NCBI RefSeq assembly: GCF_005696695.1
Contig: NZ_CP040006.1
Span: 450,001 to 482,000 of the forward strand
DNA length: 32,000 nucleotides
From: Schaalia odontolytica
Lineage (GTDB): Bacteria > Actinomycetota > Actinomycetes > Actinomycetales > Actinomycetaceae
Direction of reading: 5' to 3'
The first letter of the stretch is position 1. Each line of letters opens with the position of its first letter. The position numbers were made by a program, and so were the translations under genes. The notes under the pieces are model-generated. The model was not told where the DNA came from, searched no databases, and saw only the letters and a list, made by a program, of their open reading frames with translations. Positions 13,137 through 21,273 of the stretch are shown here, piece by piece.

Positions 13137-14633
13137 ATGGAACGACTCACCATCCCTTTGCCCACAGGAGTCGCGTGCGCATCCCCCGATGCCACGCTCG
13201 TCGAGCGAGGGGAGGGGTACGCGCTCATTCGTTCCTCGCGGCTCGCGATCCTGCACGGCTGCGCGAACGGCCAGTTCTACCGCAGCGGGCATAACTCCTG
13301 GTCTCCCTCCGGCTGGAATGATCTCGCGGGCGCACCGCTGCGTATCCCCACCGACGAGCGTCGAGCCACGGCGGACGATCCGACGGCCGACGATACGGTC
13401 CGCCACCATGGGTCGTGGATGGGGGCCGTCGTTGACGGAACGGATGGGGACGGCGTCCTCGTCGGAGCCCTTGAGGGCGGCCACCCCCGCGTGCGCGCCG
13501 ACGAGGATCATCTGGCGGCGTTCGACGAGACTCGGCCCGCCCTGTGGCTCCTCGCGTGGGGCAGTGAGGCGTCGATCTTCGCCGCGTACGTGCGGTGCCT
13601 GAGCGAACGCGAGCGCACCCCGGGGCGCGCTCCCCGCGTGTGGTGCTCGTGGTATTCCTACTACGAAAAGGTCTCGTGGGATGTCCTGGAATCCCAGCTA
13701 CCGGGACTCGCGCAGCTGGGGTTCGACACGCTCCAGATCGACGACGGCTGGCAGAAGGGCGTGGGAGACTGGCGGGCCAATGCGAAGTTCGGCGAGGACC
13801 TCGCCGCGCGCGCCGCTGACATCGCCGCGCTGGGGGTGACCCCGGGCGTGTGGGTGGCCCCCTTCATCGCGAGGCCCGGCACGCCTTTCCTCAGCGAGCA
13901 TCCCGAGGCATTCGTGCACACCCCTTCGGGGGAGCTCGCCATCGCCGGATACAACTGGGGAGGGCCGTACTACGCCCTTGACACCACGCATCCGCTCGCT
14001 CAGGAATACCTGCGCGACCTCGCACACTCGCTCGTCGATGCGGGCATCGGCTACGTCAAGGCCGATTTTGTCAACGCGGCCGCCATCGACGGCGTGCGCC
14101 ACGACGATCAGGTCACTGGCGACGATGCCTACGTCATCGGTTCCCGGCTCTTGCGCCAGGGGCTGGGTGAGGATGTGTACCTGCTCGGCTCGGGCGCGCT
14201 CATCATCCCCTCCATCGGCATCTACGACGGCATTCGCGTCGGCTGTGATGTTGCTCCGATCTGGAAAAACTACGCGACGGAGGATCGCTCAGACGCCGAG
14301 GCGCGCAACGCCTTCATGACCTCGGTCGCCCGCCTGTGGCTGCGCCCCCTCATCGACTGCGATCCTGACGTCGTCTTCTTCCGGCACATGAAGAACCTGC
14401 TGGGAGATCGGGAAATCTCCTGGCTCCAAGACGTCGCCGCCGTCGCGGGCTTCAAATCCTCCTCCGATCCGCTTGAGTGGCTGACGGACCAGGAACGCTC
14501 CGAGGCGGCCCAGTGGCTCGCTCGGCGCGAGGCTGTCGAGGTCGTCGGGCGTACGCGTTTCCGCCTCGACGGTCGGGAGGTGGACTTCGCCCCCGGCCTC
14601 GAAGAACCCGAACACTGCTACCCGGTGTCGTAG
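13137..14633 (+). CDS. Cytoplasmic GH36-type alpha-galactosidase-like glycosidase (short, Thermotoga GalA-like architecture)
   Basis: The track ORF starts at 13050. I prefer the ATG at 13137 with AAGGAG 6 nt upstream. No signal peptide. Motifs: WCSWYSYY, LQIDDGWQKGVGDW, GVWVAPF, YVKADF (K-x-D nucleophile motif of GH27/36), IRVGCDVAP (acid/base region), CDPDVVF. Confidence 0.85.
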   Translation: MERLTIPLPTGVACASPDATLVERGEGYALIRSSRLAILHGCANGQFYRSGHNSWSPSGWNDLAGAPLRIPTDERRATADDPTADDTVRHHGSWMGAVVDGTDGDGVLVGALEGGHPRVRADEDHLAAFDETRPALWLLAWGSEASIFAAYVRCLSERERTPGRAPRVWCSWYSYYEKVSWDVLESQLPGLAQLGFDTLQIDDGWQKGVGDWRANAKFGEDLAARAADIAALGVTPGVWVAPFIARPGTPFLSEHPEAFVHTPSGELAIAGYNWGGPYYALDTTHPLAQEYLRDLAHSLVDAGIGYVKADFVNAAAIDGVRHDDQVTGDDAYVIGSRLLRQGLGEDVYLLGSGALIIPSIGIYDGIRVGCDVAPIWKNYATEDRSDAEARNAFMTSVARLWLRPLIDCDPDVVFFRHMKNLLGDREISWLQDVAAVAGFKSSSDPLEWLTDQERSEAAQWLARREAVEVVGRTRFRLDGREVDFAPGLEEPEHCYPVS

Positions 14634-14939
14634 CCGGGCAGTAGGAGTCTCACGCGTGCGGCGTCAGGGCTGGTTGGTCCTGGCGCCTTTCGCTGTGTGG
14701 TGTCGCCTCATCAACGAGGCCGGGGCCACTATTTACGACAACGCTTTGTTGCGCAAATGGGTGCTAGGAATAAGCCTGGCCACGGCCTCGTTCGTTGAAA
14801 TCGCGGGAAAAAGTGCGCTCGGTCGCCGAGGTGAGGGTGACCTAGCTAGGGTTGTTTGCGGAATGAAGTGATGTGCACACTTCGTCCACCTTGCACACTC
14901 GCGCGGATGCACCCGCGCACCACACGACGGAGGAATGCC

Positions 14940-16220
14940 GTGGCATCCACCATGCCTAGCGACATGAGCGCTGACGTTGTCGTCGTCGGCGCAGGCCCTG
15001 GCGGGTCCTCCACCGCATACCACCTGGCCAGAGCAGGCCTCGATGTCGTCCTCCTGGAGAAAAGCCCGTTCCCGCGCGACAAAATCTGCGGCGACGGGCT
15101 CACCCCGGCCGCCGTCCACGAGCTCATCGCGATGGGCGTGGACACCACCGGATGGATGCGAAACCGCGGCCTGACCGTTATCGGCGGCGGCCACACCGTC
15201 CACATGGATTGGCCCGATCAGAAGTCCCTGCCCGGCTACGGCATGACCCGCGCTCGCATGGACCTCGACCACGCGCTCGCGCAGCGTGCCGTTGAAGCCG
15301 GCGCCCGCCTCTACGAGGGCGTCACCGTCATCGGCGCCATTCAGGACGGCTCCGGCCGCGTCGTCGGCGTGCAGGCCAAGAGCGGGCGCGGCAAGAACGC
15401 CACCACCACCTCGGTGCGCGCCTCCATCGTCGTCGACGCCGGGGGAGTGGCCGCCCGACTGGCCACCAGCCTCGGCCTCGAAAAGAAGATGAACCGCCCC
15501 ATGGGCGTGGCCGCACGCGCCTACTTCCACAGCCCCCGCGGCAACGAGGAATGGATGGAATCCCACCTCGAACTGTGGAGCGGCACCCCCGGTGCCTCCG
15601 ACCTGCTGCCCGGCTACGGCTGGATCTTCCCCATGGGCGACGGCATCGTCAACGTCGGCCTCGGCTCCGTCGCCTCGCGCGCCGGCGCCACCAATCTGCC
15701 CTACCGCGAGGTCTTCAAGACCTGGACCGCGAACCTGCCCGAGGAATGGGGCTTCACCCCCGAGAACCAGATCGGTCAGCTCCGCTCCGCCGCCCTGCCC
15801 ATGAGCTTCAACCGCAAGCCTCACTACACCCAGGGCCTCGTCCTCGTCGGCGACGCCGGCGGCATGGTCTCCCCCTACAACGGTGAAGGCATCGCCCCGG
15901 CCATGAAGGCCGGACGCTACGCGGCCTCGTGCATCGCACAGGCCCTGTCCCGCTCCCACCGCGCCGGCATCGACCGTGCCATGAGCGAATACCCCCACAT
16001 GCTTCGCGACGAATACGGCGGCTACTACCAGCTGGGCCGCATCTTCGTCGCGCTCATCGAAAACCCGACGATCATGCGCACCTGCACGAACGTCGGGCTG
16101 CCCATTCCGCGCCTCATGACGCTCGTCCACAAACTCCTGTCGGACGGGTACGAGAGGACCGGGGGCGACTTCGACGACCAACTCATCACAATGCTGACCA
16201 AGGTGGTGCGCCCCGCATGA
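14940..16220 (+). CDS. Geranylgeranyl-reductase-family FAD-dependent oxidoreductase (MenJ-like isoprenoid side-chain reductase candidate)
   Basis: The track ORF starts at 14856. Likely starts are GTG 14940 (GGAGGAA 4-6 nt upstream) or ATG 14952. Motifs: DVVVVGAGPGGSSTAYHLARAGLDVVLLEK (FAD beta-alpha-beta) and RDKICGDGLTP, typical of the family. It lies directly upstream of nuoA. Confidence 0.85.
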   Translation: MASTMPSDMSADVVVVGAGPGGSSTAYHLARAGLDVVLLEKSPFPRDKICGDGLTPAAVHELIAMGVDTTGWMRNRGLTVIGGGHTVHMDWPDQKSLPGYGMTRARMDLDHALAQRAVEAGARLYEGVTVIGAIQDGSGRVVGVQAKSGRGKNATTTSVRASIVVDAGGVAARLATSLGLEKKMNRPMGVAARAYFHSPRGNEEWMESHLELWSGTPGASDLLPGYGWIFPMGDGIVNVGLGSVASRAGATNLPYREVFKTWTANLPEEWGFTPENQIGQLRSAALPMSFNRKPHYTQGLVLVGDAGGMVSPYNGEGIAPAMKAGRYAASCIAQALSRSHRAGIDRAMSEYPHMLRDEYGGYYQLGRIFVALIENPTIMRTCTNVGLPIPRLMTLVHKLLSDGYERTGGDFDDQLITMLTKVVRPA

Positions 16221-16248
16221 CCACCACCACCGATAACCGGGAGGAACG

Positions 16249-16608
16249 ATGACGAATCCCTACGTGCCGCTGCTCATCATGTCGGCAGCTGCCCTCGTAC
16301 TAGCCTTCGGAGGCCTGGTCGCCTCCGCGATCCTGGGCCCCACCAAGAAGTCCAAGACCAAGGCCGACAACTACGAGTGCGGTATCCAGCCGACCAGCGC
16401 TCACCTCACCGAGGGTCGCTTCCCGGTGCGCTACTACCTGGTCGCCATGACGTTCATCATCTTCGACATCGAAGTTGTGTTCATGTACCCGTGGGCCGTC
16501 AGCTTCAACCAGCTGGGCCTGTTCGGACTGGTCGTCATGATGAGCTTCCTGGTCACCCTCTGCGTCCCCTACGCCTACGAATGGCGACGCGGCGGCCTGG
16601 ACTACTGA
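16249..16608 (+). CDS. nuoA: NADH-quinone oxidoreductase subunit A
   Basis: 119 aa with GGGAGGAA upstream. Three hydrophobic segments and FDIEVVFMYPWA, typical of NuoA/ND3. First gene of a syntenic nuoA-N array. Confidence 0.95.
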   Translation: MTNPYVPLLIMSAAALVLAFGGLVASAILGPTKKSKTKADNYECGIQPTSAHLTEGRFPVRYYLVAMTFIIFDIEVVFMYPWAVSFNQLGLFGLVVMMSFLVTLCVPYAYEWRRGGLDY

Positions 16609-16630
16609 GATATAAGTAAGGAAAAGACAA

Positions 16631-17185
16631 GTGGGACTTGAAGAATCCTTGCCCGCGGGTATCGCGCTCACCAGCGTCGAAAAAGTCCTCGGGCTTGCAC
16701 GCAAGTACAGCCAGTGGCCCGTCACCATGGGTCTGGCGTGCTGCGCCATCGAGATGATGGCCGCCGGCACCCCCCGTTTCGATATGTCGCGCTTCGGCCT
16801 CGAGGTCTTCCGTGCCTCGCCGCGTCACGCCGACATGATGATCGTGTCGGGCCGTGTCTCGCACAAGATGGCGCCCATTATCCGCCGCGTCTACGACTCG
16901 ATGCCCGAACCCAAGTGGGTTATCTCCATGGGTGCGTGCGCGTCCTCCGGCGGCGTGTTCAACAACTACGCCGTCGTCCAGGGCTGCGACCACATCGTCC
17001 CCGTCGACGTCTACCTGCCCGGCTGCCCGCCGCGCCCCGAGGCCCTCATCCACGCGGTCCTCGTCCTGCGTGAGCAGATCGGCAAGGAACCCCTCGGCGT
17101 CCACCGCCGCGAGATCGCGCGCCGCGCCGAGCAGGCCGCCCTCGAGGCGACCCCCACCCACCAGATGAAGGGACTCCTCGCATGA
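16631..17185 (+). CDS. nuoB: NADH-quinone oxidoreductase subunit B
   Basis: GTG start. [10 protein letters not shown] and GCPPRPE carry the N2 [4Fe-4S] cysteine ligands. 184 aa. Confidence 0.95.
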   Translation: MGLEESLPAGIALTSVEKVLGLARKYSQWPVTMGLACCAIEMMAAGTPRFDMSRFGLEVFRASPRHADMMIVSGRVSHKMAPIIRRVYDSMPEPKWVISMGACASSGGVFNNYAVVQGCDHIVPVDVYLPGCPPRPEALIHAVLVLREQIGKEPLGVHRREIARRAEQAALEATPTHQMKGLLA

Positions 17186-17919
17186 GCGACCTTTCCATCC
17201 CCGAGGACAACACGCCCGCCGAGGTCACCCAGGCCTCGTCGCAGCGCGGTTTCGCCCTCCCCGAGCCCATCGCGCACCGCGAGGGCCTCTTCGGTGCGGG
17301 CACCGACTCCTCCACCTCCGGCTTCTCCGGACTGGTCTCCGACTCCTTCCTGCCCGGCGAGGCCTCCCGCCCCTACGGCGGCTGGTTCGACCAGGTCGTT
17401 GACGTCCTCGAAGAGCTCATCGCCGCAGATGGCCTCGACGTCGCCGACGTCATCGAAAAGGTGACCGTCGACCGCGGACAGCTCGGCATCTTCATCGCCC
17501 GCGAGCACATCGCGCGCGTCGCCAAGTACCTGCGCGACGACGCGGACCTGCGCTTCGAAATGTGCCTGGGGACCAACGGCGCGCACTACCCCCTCGACAA
17601 GGGGCGCGAGCTGCACGCCATCTACCCCCTGTACTCGATCACGCACAACCGCATGATCCGCCTCGAGGTCACGTGCCCCGACGAGGACCCCCGCATCCCC
17701 TCCATCGTCTCCGTTTACCCCGGAAACGACTGGCAGGAGCGCGAGACCTGGGACCTCATCGGCATCGTCTTCACCGGGCACCCCTCGCTCACGCGCACCG
17801 CGATGCCCGACGACTGGGTCGGACACCCCCAGCGCAAGGACTACCCGCTGGGCGGCATCCCCGTCGAATTCAAGGGAGCCGTCAATGCCTCCGCCGACGT
17901 TCGTAGGAGTGTGAACTGA
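17182..17919 (+). CDS. nuoC: NADH-quinone oxidoreductase subunit C
   Basis: ATGA overlap with nuoB. 30-kDa-subunit core ([20 protein letters not shown]) with an N-terminal extension of about 60 aa. Confidence 0.95.
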   Translation: MSDLSIPEDNTPAEVTQASSQRGFALPEPIAHREGLFGAGTDSSTSGFSGLVSDSFLPGEASRPYGGWFDQVVDVLEELIAADGLDVADVIEKVTVDRGQLGIFIAREHIARVAKYLRDDADLRFEMCLGTNGAHYPLDKGRELHAIYPLYSITHNRMIRLEVTCPDEDPRIPSIVSVYPGNDWQERETWDLIGIVFTGHPSLTRTAMPDDWVGHPQRKDYPLGGIPVEFKGAVNASADVRRSVN

Positions 17920-19265
17920 TGACCACCGCCTTCCACGCGCCCGCAGGCGCGACCGACCTGCCCATCGAGGACATCCCCGAGGTCCTCACCCAGGGCGGCG
18001 ACTGGGACGACGTCCTGCACGAGATCGAGGCCATCACCTCCGAGCGCATCGTCGTCAACCTGGGTCCGGTTCACCCCGCGACCCACGGCGTTCTGCGTCT
18101 GATCCTCGAGCTCGATGGTGAAAAGGTCCGCGAGACCCGCGTCGACACCGGCTACCTGCACACCGGCATCGAGAAGAACATGGAGTACCGCACGTGGGCC
18201 CAGGGCGTCGCATACTGCACGCGCATGGACTACGTCGCTCCCTTCTTCCAGGAGGCCGCGTACTGCCTCGGCGTCGAGAAGCTCCTTGGCATCGAAGAGG
18301 ACATTCCCGAGCGCGCCTCCCTCATCCGCATCCTCATGATGGAGCTGTGCCGCATCGCCTCGCACCTGGTCGCCATCGGTTCGACCGGTAACGAAATGGG
18401 TGCCACGACGATCATGACGATCGGCTTCCGTGCCCGCGAGGAGATCCTGCGCATCTTCGAGCGCATCACCGGCCTGCGCATGAACCACGAGTACATCCGC
18501 CCCGGCGGTGTCGTGCAGGACATCGGCGAGGGCACCACGGACTACATCCGTGACCGCCTGCGCCGCGCCCGTAAGGACATCGGCGAGCTCCAGGACATCC
18601 TCGTGGAGAACCCGATCTTCAAGAAGCGTCTGTGCGACGTGGCCGTCATGCCGCTGAGCGGCCTCATGGCCCTCGGCACCACCGGCCCCGGCGTTCGCGC
18701 CGCCGGCCTGCCCCTGGACCTGCGTAAGAGCCAGCCCTACTGCGGCTACGAGAACTTTGAGTTCGACGTTCCCACCCGCGACAAGTCGGACGTCTACAAC
18801 CGCACGATGGTCCGTTTCGACGAGTGCTACGAGTCGATGCGCATCATCTGGCAGGTTCTCGCCAAGCTGGACCAGTGCGAGGGCGCGCCCACCATGGTCG
18901 CCGACCCCGAAATCGCCTGGCCTGCGCGCCTGGCGGTCGGCACCGACGGCCAGGGCAACTCGGCCGAGCACGTCCGCGAGATCATGGGGGAGTCCATGGA
19001 GTCCCTCATCCACCACTTCAAGCTCGTCACGGAGGGCTTCCACGTGCCCGCCGGCCAGGTCTACCAGACCGTCGAGCATGCGAAGGGCATCCTGGGCGTT
19101 CACCTCGTCTCCGACGGTGGCACGCGCCCGTTCCGCGCGCACTTCCGCGACCCCTCCTACGCCAACCTGCAAGCGCTGGCCATGATGACCGAGGGCGGCC
19201 AGCTGGCCGACGTGGTCGTCGCACTGGCCGCTATCGACCCCGTTCTCGGAGGCGTTGACCGATGA
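17919..19265 (+). CDS. nuoD: NADH-quinone oxidoreductase subunit D
   Basis: 1-nt stop/start overlap. [15 protein letters not shown] and the conserved C-terminal region of the 49-kDa subunit. 448 aa. Confidence 0.97.
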   Translation: MTTAFHAPAGATDLPIEDIPEVLTQGGDWDDVLHEIEAITSERIVVNLGPVHPATHGVLRLILELDGEKVRETRVDTGYLHTGIEKNMEYRTWAQGVAYCTRMDYVAPFFQEAAYCLGVEKLLGIEEDIPERASLIRILMMELCRIASHLVAIGSTGNEMGATTIMTIGFRAREEILRIFERITGLRMNHEYIRPGGVVQDIGEGTTDYIRDRLRRARKDIGELQDILVENPIFKKRLCDVAVMPLSGLMALGTTGPGVRAAGLPLDLRKSQPYCGYENFEFDVPTRDKSDVYNRTMVRFDECYESMRIIWQVLAKLDQCEGAPTMVADPEIAWPARLAVGTDGQGNSAEHVREIMGESMESLIHHFKLVTEGFHVPAGQVYQTVEHAKGILGVHLVSDGGTRPFRAHFRDPSYANLQALAMMTEGGQLADVVVALAAIDPVLGGVDR

Positions 19266-19972
19266 GCTACACACCCGACACCCTGGCACGCCTGCAGGCG
19301 GATGCCGCGCAGATCATCGCCCGCTACCCGGACGGTCACTCGCGCTCCGCGCTGCTGCCGATGCTGCACCTGATCCAGTCCGTCGACGGCTACGTCAGCC
19401 CGGACGGCATCGACTTCATCTCGGCCACGCTGGACCTGCCCCGCGCAGAGATCAGCGCCGTCGCGACCTTCTACACGCAGTACAAGCGTCACCCCACCGG
19501 TGAGTACCTGGTGGGCGTGTGCACGAACGCGCTGTGCGCCGTCATGGGCGGCGACGAGATCTGGGAAAAGGTCTCTAAGAAGGTCGGCGTCGGAAGCGAC
19601 GAGACCAGCGAAGACGGCAAGATCACGCTCGAGCGCATCGAGTGCAACGCGGCGTGCGACTACGCGCCCGTCGTCATGGTCAACTGGGAATTCTTCGACA
19701 ACCAGAGCCCCGAGTCGGCGCTGGCCATGATCGATGACATCCAGGCCGGCCGCGACATCCACCCGACGCGCGGCCCCATCGTGGCCCCCACGTTCAAGGA
19801 GAACGAGCGCGTCCTGGCCGGCTTCCTGGACGGCCACGAGAACGAAGGCCCCTCTGCGGGCCGCGCCACCCTGCTGGGCCGCGAGATCGCCGCGGCGAAC
19901 GGCTGGACTGAGCCGGTTGCCGTCGAGGTCGCCGACGAGGCCACTGACACGAAGGGAGAAGAGGCGAAGTGA
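19262..19972 (+). CDS. nuoE: NADH-quinone oxidoreductase subunit E
   Basis: ATGA overlap. Thioredoxin-like [2Fe-2S] motifs [12 protein letters not shown] and [11 protein letters not shown]. 236 aa with an acidic C-terminal tail. Confidence 0.95.
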   Translation: MSYTPDTLARLQADAAQIIARYPDGHSRSALLPMLHLIQSVDGYVSPDGIDFISATLDLPRAEISAVATFYTQYKRHPTGEYLVGVCTNALCAVMGGDEIWEKVSKKVGVGSDETSEDGKITLERIECNAACDYAPVVMVNWEFFDNQSPESALAMIDDIQAGRDIHPTRGPIVAPTFKENERVLAGFLDGHENEGPSAGRATLLGREIAAANGWTEPVAVEVADEATDTKGEEAK

Positions 19973-21273
19973 GCACCGCATACGTTGCGCCCGGACCGCT
20001 GACCCCGATCCTCACCAACGGATGGGGAGAGGAGCGTTCCTGGACGCTGGACTCCTACCGGAGCCGCGGAGGCTACCAGGGCCTCGAAAAGGCCCGCACC
20101 ATGGAGCCCGCCGACATCGTGCAGGCCGTCAAGGACTCCGGTCTACGAGGCCGTGGTGGCGCAGGCTTCCCGTCCGGCCTCAAGTGGTCCTTCCTGCCCC
20201 CGGCCGACGGTGGCCCCCGCTACCTCGTGGTGAACGCCGACGAGTCCGAGCCGGGCACCTGCAAGGACATCCCGCTCATCATGGGCAACCCGCACGTCCT
20301 CATTGAGGGCATCGCGATCACGTCGCGCGCCATCGGCTGCGACCACGCGTTCGTCTACCTGCGCGGCGAGGTCACCCACGTGTACCGCCGCCTGCTGGAG
20401 GCCGTGCGTGAGGCGACCGAGGCCGGCGTGCTCGGCGACCTGCGCATCACCGCTCACGCGGGCGCCGGCGCCTACATCTGCGGTGAGGAGACGGCTCTGC
20501 TGGACTCCCTCGAGGGACGCCGAGGCCACCCGCGCCTCAAGCCCCCATTCCCCGCGGTCGCCGGTCTGTACGCCCGTCCCACGGTCGTCAACAACGTCGA
20601 GACCATCGCTCAGGTGGCGGGTATCTTCCGTAACTCTCCCGAGTGGTTCGCCTCGATGGGCACCGAAAAGTCCAAGGGCCACGGCATCTTCTCCGTGTCG
20701 GGTCACGTGAACAACCCCGGCCAGTTCGAGGCCCCCTTCGGCATCACGATGCGCGAGCTCATCGAGATGGCGGGCGGCATCCGCGACGGCCACAAGCTGA
20801 AGTTCTGGACCCCCGGCGGCTCCTCCACCCCGATCTTCACCGAAGACGAGCTGGATACGCCCCTCGACTACGAGTCCGTGGGTGCGGCCGGATCGATGCT
20901 GGGCACGCGTGCCCTGCAGGTGTTCGACGAGACCGTCTCGGTGGTCCGCGTCATCACCCGCTGGTCCGAGTTCTACCAGCACGAGTCCTGCGGTAAGTGC
21001 ACGCCCTGTCGCGAAGGCACCTACTGGATGAAGCAAATCATGCTGCGTCTCGAGCGAGGCGAGGGCCGCCCCGGCGACGTCGACCTGCTCGACGAGATCG
21101 CACACAACATTGCGGGCCGTAGCTTCTGCCCGCTCGGCGACGCCGCAGCAACCCCGATCATGTCGGGCATCAAGCGCTTCCGCGACGAGTTCGAGGCCGG
21201 CCTCACCACGCCTGCCCGCGAGCTTTTCCCCTACGAGGCGTCCGCTAACTACGCGCGAGGAGGTGGCCGATGA
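19969..21273 (+). CDS. nuoF: NADH-quinone oxidoreductase subunit F
   Basis: GTGA overlap. GRGGAGFPSGLKWSF (FMN/NADH site) and ESCGKCTPCREG (N3 cluster). 434 aa. Confidence 0.97.
   Translation: MSTAYVAPGPLTPILTNGWGEERSWTLDSYRSRGGYQGLEKARTMEPADIVQAVKDSGLRGRGGAGFPSGLKWSFLPPADGGPRYLVVNADESEPGTCKDIPLIMGNPHVLIEGIAITSRAIGCDHAFVYLRGEVTHVYRRLLEAVREATEAGVLGDLRITAHAGAGAYICGEETALLDSLEGRRGHPRLKPPFPAVAGLYARPTVVNNVETIAQVAGIFRNSPEWFASMGTEKSKGHGIFSVSGHVNNPGQFEAPFGITMRELIEMAGGIRDGHKLKFWTPGGSSTPIFTEDELDTPLDYESVGAAGSMLGTRALQVFDETVSVVRVITRWSEFYQHESCGKCTPCREGTYWMKQIMLRLERGEGRPGDVDLLDEIAHNIAGRSFCPLGDAAATPIMSGIKRFRDEFEAGLTTPARELFPYEASANYARGGGR

Noticed and set aside
14780-14830. Possible tRNA-like T-arm (GTTCGTTGAAATC) in the 14.7-kb spacer
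   Set aside because: No acceptor stem, D-arm or anticodon arm can be folded around it, and the T-loop consensus GGTTCGAATCC is not met.
14656-14871. 71-aa ORF in the spacer upstream of the reductase gene (possible small membrane protein)
   Set aside because: GTG start without a convincing RBS. It has many A/T-ending rare codons, unlike neighbouring genes. It spans the symmetric DNA elements that look regulatory. Kept only as part of the spacer finding.
14860-14905. Possible Rex (redox repressor) operator upstream of the reductase-nuo block
   Set aside because: Only GAAGTG-N7-CACTTC and a GTGCAC palindrome are present. Neither matches the TTGTGAA-N4-TTCACAA consensus in sequence or arm orientation.
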